Positions 48,464-56,851 of a stretch of 62,757 bases of DNA are shown piece by piece. Position 1 is the first letter of the stretch, and every line of letters begins with the position of its first letter. Where the stretch lies: the NCBI GenBank assembly GCA_000388065.2, contig KB932210.1, one strand, 5' to 3'. The DNA comes from Fonticula alba ATCC 38817 (lineage: Eukaryota > Protista > Nucleariida). Below the pieces are notes generated by a model. It was not told the DNA's origin, ran no database searches, and worked only from the letters and a program-made list of their open reading frames with translations. The position numbers were made by a program, and so were the translations under genes.

Positions 48464-49660
48464 GAGCGCAATGGTCTTGTTGGGTCGGTGGCGTGGGATC
48501 CTTCTCCGCCCTGGTGTAACCTCGATCCCCGGCACCAACTTCTTCTGCTGCTACTATTGCTCCTTCCCGTGGCCCCCGGGAGGAGAGGCGGGCGGCGCCC
48601 GGTGGGGGGATTCTCTCCCTCCCCGTGCCGAGGCCAGGTCCCCCTCCCTCTCTCGACCACAACCCGTGTGTACGTGTGCCTCTCGGGCTCTCTCTCCGCG
48701 CACACACGGGGAACGCCCCCCCTTGTCTCGTGAGAGGGGGGGAGGGGGAGGATGGGTGCGGTCAGCCGAGAGAGAGAGCGTCTCCTCCCGGTGCCGCGCC
48801 GTCGTCCTCCCACATCAACAACCCCCCCCTCCCGGGGGCGGGGCCCGCCACAGAAAGGGCCCGCGTGTGCTCGCGTCTTCCGGCTCGCGCCGTCCGCGGG
48901 AGAGTGCAAGACGGCGACACGCCCGAGCCCGGCCCTTCGCCCCGGGTGTGCCAGCCCGACCCCCGGCGGGGGATCCCGCGCTTAAATTCCCATCTTATCT
49001 GCGGCGGTCCCTGGGCTGGCACAGCCCCCAACACACCGCAACCGCTCCCCGCCCTCTCCCCCTCTTTTTGGTGGCCCGTGAAGAGGAGCCACAGGGCGGC
49101 GGTCCGGCGGCACCTCCGGCTGCGCCCCCGAAGGCAAGGTACATATATGACCTCCGGGATTTGATCCCCCGAGCGCAATGGTCTAGTTGGGTTCGGCGTG
49201 CTGGGATTCTTCTTATTGGTTCTAGTTTCAATTCCGGCCGCCTCCTCTTCTTATTATCGATACATAGCTGCCTCATGGCCTCTGGGGCCTCGCCCGTGGT
49301 GTGTGCCGGATATCGGCACGCTTCCCACCCGGGCAGGTTCCCTGGCCCGAGACACACCCGTTCTCCCGGGCGGGAGATGTAATCCCACCTGGGGAACACT
49401 CCGCTGAACAGACATCTGTTGAGTGACTTCTTACCCCTGGGGGTTGGGCCCCATTCCGGAGAGGCCCGCAGGCACAAATGTGCCCGCGGGCTGGCCCCTC
49501 CCCCAACCCGTGCCCGCCCATCATGCGATCCCGCAAATCCTGAAATATTCCATCTTCTTATGTGCGGGGTCGCGGGCGGGCACAAACCCCAACAGACTGC
49601 AATCGCTCCCTCTCTCTTTTTTCCCCGGCCGCCCGAGAGGCACACGGGGGCGCAGCCCCC
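48464..49660 (+). repeat. Nest of diverged duplicated segments (about 48464-48560 with 49171-49270; about 48975-49090 with 49540-49650), probably LTR or Pol III-unit remnants
   Basis: GAGCGCAATGGTCT(T/A)GTTGGGT occurs twice; CCATCTT..TGCGG..GGCACA..CCCCAACA.AC.GCAA.CGCTCCC occurs twice. Confidence 0.6.
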
Positions 49661-49942
49661 GCCGCCCCCGCCACCACATCGCGTGCAGCTCGCCCCCTCA
49701 GATCCGGCTGTATATATGAGCCCCCCACCCTCCCGGTGTATATTGCCGGGCCTTCCGCCCCGGTCTGCGGATTCCTCTCCCTGTGATAGCACACACCCAA
49801 TCCACCTTTTTTCTTTTCCTCCCGGCCACAAGGTCTCCGGGATCGCCCCCCCCCCCCCGCGTCTTTCACCTCGGCATAGCCGGCTCATCGTCCGCAGACT
49901 GCTTTGACCCCTTCCCCTCCCCCCCCCCCCCCCACCGCTACC

Positions 49943-52267
49943 ATGGATGTCAACCAGGATCTGGCCTTACAAACCCAGCATCCCCCCCCTCAGCCCCCCC
50001 TATTTTATCGTCCCCCTCCTCCCCCAACCGCCCCTCCTCAACAAAACCCACACAATCCACACTACAGCCCCCTGGCGGGATACCCACAGCCAGCCCCAGC
50101 CCCCCGCCCCACCCACCACTGGCCCTCGCCCGGCTTCCAAGGAAGCACCATCGTAAACACCGCCCCAGCCCAGGCATGGTCTCATCGCTGGTTCAGCCAC
50201 ACCTCTCAATTCAAAGCCAACTCCCTCCCCCACTGGATCACCGGTGACCAGGCCTGGGGCGCATGCTTCGACCCGCTCTCCGACGATCTGGAGACCATTC
50301 TCAGCATCGGCTTCGCCCCCCACGACTCCTCGGTCAAGCCCGAGCTCCACTTCGCCTCTCCGCCCACGAGCACCTCCAACATCACCTTCCATTTCCGCGT
50401 CAGACATGCCCTATCCCTCTTCCTCAATTCCCAGATCTCGGCGCCCAACTTCCTGGAACTCATCTTCCACTCGGATCTCGACCCGCACTTTCCCCCGGAC
50501 GGCATTCCCGCGCTCCTTCGCAGGTACCTGCTCATAACGGTCGATTTCACCCAGGCCATCAATCACCTGTTCCACAGGCTCCCGCACCGCCCGACGGTTC
50601 TCCTCAAGGCCCGAGACGTCGCCACTGCGCTCATGAAATTGGGCTACAGCCCCGACCCACACGTCTTCTGGGCCTTCTTCCGTACTCTGGTCCCCCCGAC
50701 AGACACGGCCACCTTCGACAGCGCCATCCGCAGCGTCTACTTCTCCATCTTCATGAGAAGCCAATCTCCCCTCCGCCTGGACTTCAAGGCAATCACCCCT
50801 CCCCACCAATCAGTCTCCTTCAACACCACGCCCGGCTCATCTTCATCCTTCGCCCCTCTTCTTGGCAGCACCGCCTTCTCCCCCTTCGACTCCTCCCATC
50901 GACGGCCTCGCCAACCCCGGCGCAAAAACACCCACGCCCCCCCGCAAAGCAAAGCCCATGCCCACCACAACCCCAACCCCGTGTCACACCCACCCACCAT
51001 CAGCTCCACATCCCGCCCCCCCATGGACACGCTCGCCTCTCCGGTCCACTCGCCCCCTGCACGGCCCTTTTTCAACAGGTCATTTGTTTCGCTCGAGACC
51101 TCCTTCGACAAGGGGGTATTCTTCAGACTTGGCACGGCGGCCGCCACCTCCATCATGCCAAGTTGGATGGTCACGAAGTTCAACATGCCCACCAAGCCCT
51201 CCCCCCTTCATCTTGCCCTGCCCGATGGCTCGCGAGCCTTCTCATCCCGCACAGTGGTCTTCTCCATCATCCACAACAATCGCTCCATCCCGGTGGAGGC
51301 GCCGGTGGTCGACGTCTCATTCACATACATCCTCCTGGGCAATGACGTCGTGCACCTGCTGCTCCCCCAACTCGAGCAAGCATTCGGTGACCTCGACAAC
51401 TCCGAGCAATTCCCCGACATCCCACTTGCCACTCCCTCCCCTCGGGATCTCCTGCCCCTGGACCGCACCCACTCGTTCGAGCGCCACGCTGGCCCGACCT
51501 CCATCAAAAGCTCGGCCCCCCATGCATCCTGGCTGAGCGAATTGCAAGCCTTCGAAGATCGCCCCGACTTCCCCCTCATGAGGGGCCACCAGCCATTCAA
51601 ACTCAACCTCATCAAGCAAGTCCAAATCCCGCGCAAAAAAAACCCCACCAGGTCAGCCGAAGCCGTCCGAATCATTGACGGCCAAATTGCGACCCTCCTC
51701 CAGCAGGGGGTCATCGTGCAGGTGGAATTCTCGGCCCATGCCGCGGATTCCCTCATGGTAGCCCGGCCGGCCGGCGGACACCGAGTGGTCTTCGATTACT
51801 CCTTCCTGAACAAATTCCTGGAAGCCCCCTCGGGCCAGCTGGGAGTGCCGGGCGATCTCTTCGCGCGAATCTCCCGGGCCCGCTTCTTCACCACCCTGGA
51901 CCTGGCCAACGCCCTCAATCACATTGGCATCGACAAAAGCAGCCAGCACATCCTCTCCTTCAGGCACCGAGGCAAATGCTACAACTTCACGCGTCTCCCC
52001 GCTGGCCTTGACAGCGCAGCACACATTTTTTCCAACGCACTCGGCCACGTCATTCAAAAGCACAACGCATACTCGGCCTCCTACGTTGATGACATCGTCA
52101 TTTTCTCCAACTCCGAGGAGGAGCACATCACACACGTCCTGTCTGTCCTGCGGACTCTCAACCAAGCCAACGTCAAACTGCGCCCATCCAAATGCCAGTT
52201 CTTTTCCTCCAGCGTCACCTTCCTCGGCGTCACAATTGGCCACAACCACTTCGAAGTGGCATCCTAG
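49943..52267 (+). CDS. Gag-like + aspartic-protease-like (catalytic Asp lost) + reverse transcriptase ORF
   Basis: Protease-like LGTAA (canonical LDTGA) and ILLGND; RT motifs HRVVFDYSFLN, LDLANALNHI, RLPAGL, YVDD, KCQF, FLG. ATG is in an ACCATGG context. Confidence 0.88.
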   Translation: MDVNQDLALQTQHPPPQPPLFYRPPPPPTAPPQQNPHNPHYSPLAGYPQPAPAPRPTHHWPSPGFQGSTIVNTAPAQAWSHRWFSHTSQFKANSLPHWITGDQAWGACFDPLSDDLETILSIGFAPHDSSVKPELHFASPPTSTSNITFHFRVRHALSLFLNSQISAPNFLELIFHSDLDPHFPPDGIPALLRRYLLITVDFTQAINHLFHRLPHRPTVLLKARDVATALMKLGYSPDPHVFWAFFRTLVPPTDTATFDSAIRSVYFSIFMRSQSPLRLDFKAITPPHQSVSFNTTPGSSSSFAPLLGSTAFSPFDSSHRRPRQPRRKNTHAPPQSKAHAHHNPNPVSHPPTISSTSRPPMDTLASPVHSPPARPFFNRSFVSLETSFDKGVFFRLGTAAATSIMPSWMVTKFNMPTKPSPLHLALPDGSRAFSSRTVVFSIIHNNRSIPVEAPVVDVSFTYILLGNDVVHLLLPQLEQAFGDLDNSEQFPDIPLATPSPRDLLPLDRTHSFERHAGPTSIKSSAPHASWLSELQAFEDRPDFPLMRGHQPFKLNLIKQVQIPRKKNPTRSAEAVRIIDGQIATLLQQGVIVQVEFSAHAADSLMVARPAGGHRVVFDYSFLNKFLEAPSGQLGVPGDLFARISRARFFTTLDLANALNHIGIDKSSQHILSFRHRGKCYNFTRLPAGLDSAAHIFSNALGHVIQKHNAYSASYVDDIVIFSNSEEEHITHVLSVLRTLNQANVKLRPSKCQFFSSSVTFLGVTIGHNHFEVAS

Positions 52268-53300
52268 GCCCCCAGCGACATCCGTGACTTTTCCCCCCCC
52301 CCCCTCCCCCTCCCCGGCATCCCCAAGCCGCGCAGCTTCGCCGGTTTGGCCAACTTCGCCCATCGCTGGCTCTCCCCCCTCTCCGAACGACTCATCCCAC
52401 TCACCACACGCACCAGTGACACCCATGGCGACAGCGGCCAAAGCAGCCCCATCGCCAAAGCCACGCCACTCCCAGCTCTTGACCTCGATCTACTCCTCTC
52501 CATCTGCTCGGACGCCCCTCGCACAGGCACCGGAGCGGGGCTCTCTTCCCACTGGCTTCCCCGTGCAGGTGGCCCCGAAACCTCCCCCAACCCCCCAATG
52601 ACCACGCCTCCTCCAGACACCCTGCCCCGATTGCCCTCTTCGCGAAAGTCCTCACACAGGCGCAAACCCGCTACCCAGTACATGGACGTGGAGCCCTGGC
52701 CATTGTTTCGGCTCTCGCACACTGAGGACGCCCACTGCGCGCTGGCAGCTCTATTATCACCTTCACCGACGGCGAATCCATCTCCCAATGGCGATCCCGC
52801 CCTCCTCTCAATGACCACCACCTACGTTGGAAGCTCCCCATCGGCTCCCTCCCGATCCCACACCCTCCCACATCGAAGGCGAAGATGGCCCCCCATGACC
52901 CTTTCAAATGGCCCGGAAGCTCTTTGCCACACCGCCTCCACGAGAAGATCCCGTCCATACAGCACGCCGGCAATGGATCCCCGACAAGAGCCTCGGGCTT
53001 CTCGCACGCTTGCAAACGTCCTCCCCTCCGAGCATCTCACCAGGAGATCATGCTGCAATAGACCTGACCGAAAGCCCGCTCTCCAACAATCGGCCTGCCC
53101 CAGGTCCGAGAAACTCCCCCAAGGTCGCTGACGTCAAGGGCACTGCCACCCTACTTGAATCTGGCATGCCTGAGCGCCGATCCCGGCCCCTCTCGGCCTC
53201 CCAAGTAGAGCCGGCCCCCAATCCAGCCGACGCACTCCAACTTCCCTCATTCTCCAGTTCCGCCTTCGCCCCTCGTGTTTCACTCCGCTCAGCCCTTCCC
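52268..53300 (+). pseudogene. Degenerate RT thumb/connection and RNase H remnant after an in-frame TAG
   Basis: The same frame continues ...PKPRSFAGLANFAHRWL (canonical LRSFLGLxNYYRRFI) and ICSDAPRTGTGAGL (canonical TDASxxGxGAVL). NPADAL appears later in another frame. Confidence 0.7.
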
Positions 53301-53955
53301 CGGGCGCCCGAGGCACCCCGGTAGCCCCCGCACCACACCACATGGTGTGTGGCTCTCGGATCCGGGCCGATAATTGAGCTCCATCCTCCCGGTGTACTGC
53401 CGGGCCTTCCGCTTCGGTCTGCCAACTCCTTCCTCATAATATACCAAACCCGCCTCTCTCCCTCTCTCTCGGTCATAAGGTCTCCCAGATCGCCCCTCAT
53501 CTTTCGCTCCGGCATGACCGGCTCACACACAAAGAGAAAACAATCTGGCCCTCAATCGCCGGCCTGCCGCCCGAGAGCGAGAGAGAGCGCGAGTCAGGCA
53601 CACACTGGCTTCGGGTCCTCGCCCCACGCGCCGGTCCGCAGGGGGGCACCGACGCGCCGGGCGTCTGCCGCTGGCGCCCGCATGAACCCCCTGGGCCGGC
53701 ACACCCCGGCCGCCGATGGCCACCGATGGTTTTGGATGCCACGCACACACCAGGGGGGGCTCTCCGAGGTGGCCCGCCGGTGGACCGCGCGCGCGCCGAC
53801 GCCGCTGGCTATGCCGCCGCGCTGGTCGCTGCTGGTCACTGCTGGTCGCCGGGCCACTCTCGGCTCTTCGCCCCGTCGCGGTGGGAGCCCAGCGGGCAGC
53901 ACGCCCCGAGGCCGAAGGCACAAAACCCGGGATCCACCCTGCGCTCCCATCATCT

Positions 53956-54034
53956 GGTTGGATGGCCGAGTGGTTAAGGCGCTAGTTTCAGGTACTAGTG
54001 GGAAACCTCGTGGGTTCGAGTCCCACTCCAATCA
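53956..54034 (+). tRNA. tRNA-Leu(CAG), copy 2
   Basis: Identical to copy 1. Confidence 0.95.
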
Positions 54035-54086
54035 TAAAACTTTTTCTTGCACAAAAGGGCCGCAGCCACACGGCCAAAAAGAATCA

Positions 54087-54160
54087 TGTCCGAACCAGGA
54101 CTCGAACCTGGGACATTCTGTGTGTTAGACAGATATGATAACCATCTACATCATTCGGAC
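54087..54160 (-). tRNA. tRNA-Val(AAC)
   Basis: GTCCGAA...TTCGGAC-A; anticodon arm TCTGT-CTAACAC-ACAGA. Confidence 0.96.
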
Positions 54161-54624
54161 TTCCAGATCCCCCGGCATCCCGCGTTTTGTACTCTCCGCC
54201 GCCGCCGCCCCTCGCGGGCCGCGCCGGCCCCTGCGCCGACACGCCCCTTTCAGATGACCCCCCCCCCCCCCCCCCGAGCGCCCGAGCACCGGCCCCGCCG
54301 GCGCGACCCCTCTCGCCCGTGGCCCGCCCCCCTGCCTCGGCCTGCTCGCACAGGCGAGGCTCGACACCCGACTGAGCCACGGCTAGCCCCCCGCCCCCCC
54401 CATGGCGTGGACCTAGGCCGCTCTCGCCCAGCCGTTCGGGCCCCGAGGTCCACCGCCCGCCGTAAAAAAACACCACCGCTTCCAGGCGGCGAGGACGACA
54501 CCCGCCCCGTGTCCAGGCCCGGCGCCCCCCCGCCGCAGCCCCCCCTTCTCTGCCCCCGTCTCTGCGCGGCACACGGGGAAGAAGAAAACCACCGCGGCAC
54601 GCCTGCCGCGCAAAATGTATGGTA

Positions 54625-54703
54625 TGATTGGAGTGGGACTCGAACCCACGAGGTTTCCCACTAGTACCTGAAACTAGCGCCTTAACCACTCGGCCATCCA
54701 ACC
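54625..54703 (-). tRNA. tRNA-Leu(CAG), copy 3
   Basis: Reverse complement identical to copy 1. Confidence 0.95.
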
Positions 54704-55095
54704 TGCTGGTCGACCAAGGGCCCACCCGGGGCTTTTGACCGGAGCGACGTCCGGCCCCGGCACGCGTCCCAGCACCGCACCGACCGCCACACTGCGCGGG
54801 CACCCATGGAAGCCGCGCGCCCGCGTCGCCCAAAGCACCCCCCCCCACCGCCGCATCCCCGCCCTCCTCTCGGCGGCCTCTCTCACACCCGGAGCGACAC
54901 CCTGCTCCCGGCCGCTTGTCAGGCCCCCCCCCCCCCGCGCTTCGGCGCCGAGGCTGCCTGGAGGCTGGCCGGTTTTTCCCCTGTGGCGGCGCCTCTCCCC
55001 CCGCCCCGGGATCCCCCCCTCTCCTCGGCGGACAGATCTCTCGCGGGCGGGGGCGACGCGCGGGCGCGGCCGCCGGGCGCGCAAAAAGAACGGTG

Positions 55096-55174
55096 TGATT
55101 GGAGTGGGACTCGAACCCACGAGGTTTCCCACTAGTACCTGAAACTAGCGCCTTAACCACTCGGCCATCCAACC
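55096..55174 (-). tRNA. tRNA-Leu(CAG), copy 4
   Basis: Reverse complement identical to copy 1. Confidence 0.95.
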
Positions 55175-55448
55175 AGATGATGTCCCTCCACCCACCAGAT
55201 GCCTTCATGAGGCCCGGTGCTTTTGCCGCGCGCAGAGAAAGAAGCCCCGCCGCCATGCACCACCAAAGCGAAGCCCGGCTCCCGGGGGGAAAGACACACG
55301 CCGGCGGGACGGTTGCCCCGGGCGCGCAGGAAAAAAAAGACCGCCCGCACATGCCCACCTCTCTCGCGCCACGGAGGAGCAGCCCCGAGCACACGCCGCA
55401 AGAAGCAGAGGGCCGCGTGGAGGAGGGACCGAGCAAAAGGAAAGGAAT

Positions 55449-55521
55449 AGCCCACTGTGGGGCTCGAACCCACGACCCTGGGATTAAGAGTCCCATGCTC
55501 TACCAACTGAGCTAAACAGGC
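55449..55521 (-). tRNA. tRNA-Lys(CTT)
   Basis: GCCTGTT...AGTGGGC-T; anticodon arm TGGGA-CTCTTAA-TCCCA. Confidence 0.93.
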
Positions 55522-56122
55522 TATGCCCTATGCATCAAGGGGGAGCCATATCAAGGACCCCGTTTCAGCCACACCGGGCCCGCGGCCCATGATCCTCCAC
55601 GCCCCACGAGGGCCCGCGCCCGGAAGATGCCCGAGCGGGCGCCCCCCCCCCACCGGAGGGCCGCCAGGGGCCGAAAGAAGGAAAAAAAAAACCACGGCAC
55701 AGCACCAAAACACAGAGGGCCGGCTGGCCCGCGTCTGACCAACGGCCCGCGGTGCCGACGCCGAGACAGTCCAACATGACCCCCCTTCATTGGCCCGGGT
55801 CGCCGGGGAAAGCCGACACCCCGGCGGCCCGGCCGGGAGGAGCCCCGGGCCATGCCCAAGGAAACGCGGGAACATCCCCTCGCCCGGGTGGTGGCGATCG
55901 TGCGTCGCCCCCCCGGGAAGCACGCCCGAGCAGGGCGGCAGGGGCCTGGCTCGCGCCATGCGGGCGCAGAGGAGGCTGGCCGCAGCCCCGGGCTGTTCAC
56001 GGTGGAGGGCAAGAGAATACAGCGGTCGGAAAAATGCGGGGTGGCGCGAAGGCCGGGGGCAGGCGGACGGCACACGCCTCTCCAGCGGCGCCCCGAGGAG
56101 AGAGCCATGCCCGAAAAGGCCC

Positions 56123-56756
56123 GGCCAATATATGTGCGGCCCGGCCAATATATGTGCGGCCCGGCCATGAAACGCTCCGGTTCTGGTATGTGATTCTGGG
56201 GGACCGGTGAGGGCCTTCCCTGAACCACCCAGAGCGTTCCGTCCCGAGAGGGTCACCACTCGGACATGAATACAACAACAAAAGAAGGGAAAGCTGGTGA
56301 TCTGCGTCTTTATGGGGATTACATCAGGGACTAGGTCACACCGCTCCAGAGGGAACGACGTACGGAGACAGGACTATAGGAAATCAAACCTCCGTAAGAG
56401 AGAATGACTATCCTTCAAGGTGCTGAGTCCTTGGAGGGGAGGCAGGAACGGGGGCCCCTTATATAGGGTGCCCAGAAAAGGGGGAATACATGGGAATACA
56501 TGGGAATTGAGAGAGAATGGGTGGCGTCGCCCGAACGACGACGCCAGCACCCCCCAACGGGGAAGTGCAGGTCGACTAGTGGACCTCGTTGCTATAAGAT
56601 CACGTGAAGGTCATGACCAGATCTAGCAGGGATGTGGCAGCAGGGGGAAAACAGAGCAGGGCGAGGTGAGGCAGGCGCGGAGGAGGTGAGCGGAGCGAAG
56701 TTCCGACGCAATGTCGGAGGTGACATTATGGTTACAGGCCAATATATGTGCGGCCC
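56123..56756 (+). repeat. 20-bp tandem repeat GGCCAATATATGTGCGGCCC x3; the third unit is split by the solo LTR
   Basis: Units at 56123-56142 and 56143-56162, then GGCCA, the LTR, and a complete unit at 56737-56756. Confidence 0.92.
56168..56736 (-). mobile_element. Solo LTR, family C, copy 2 (569 bp), with 5-bp TSD GGCCA; ends 36 bp upstream of tRNA-Leu(AAG)
   Basis: TGAAACGCTC...GGTTACA; GGCCA at 56163-56167 and 56737-56741; minus-strand TATATAA at 56459-56465. AATGACTATCCTT, TTACATCAG.GACTA and TCACGTGA are shared with copy 1. Confidence 0.9.
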
Positions 56757-56772
56757 GGCCCTAGGACATCGA

Positions 56773-56851
56773 GGTTGGATGGCCGAGTGGTTAAGGCGCC
56801 AGTTTAAGGCACTGGTGGGAAACCGCGTGGGTTCGAGTCCCACTCCAATCA
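56773..56851 (+). tRNA. tRNA-Leu(AAG)
   Basis: 79 nt; anticodon arm CCAGT-TTAAGGC-ACTGG; otherwise nearly identical to Leu(CAG). Confidence 0.95.

Larger units (their letters stand above)
49657..53525 (+). mobile_element. Ty3/gypsy-derived element 2: diverged family-A LTRs (about 49657-49887 and 53322-53525) flanking Gag-PR-RT-(RH remnant), no integrase
   Basis: Both flanks end AAGGTCTC..GATCGCCCC..TCTTTC..CGGCAT..CCGGCTCA and align with the solo LTR at 42000. Left boundaries are approximate and no TSD was found. Confidence 0.8.

Noticed and set aside
48464-49270. Calling the Pol III-like units vault RNA because TEP1 is nearby
   Set aside because: No terminal stem or terminator is visible, and proximity alone is not evidence; kept only as an unassigned finding.
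48515-49387. TGTAAC start with a possible CCTGG TSD
   Set aside because: The 3' end lacks the TTCA/CTCA terminus, and the paralogous segment at 49171 is colinear across the site.
52265-52267. Programmed stop-codon readthrough
   Set aside because: The TAG lies within pol (between RT palm and thumb), not at a gag-pol junction, and the downstream RNase H is degenerate; a nonsense mutation is simpler.
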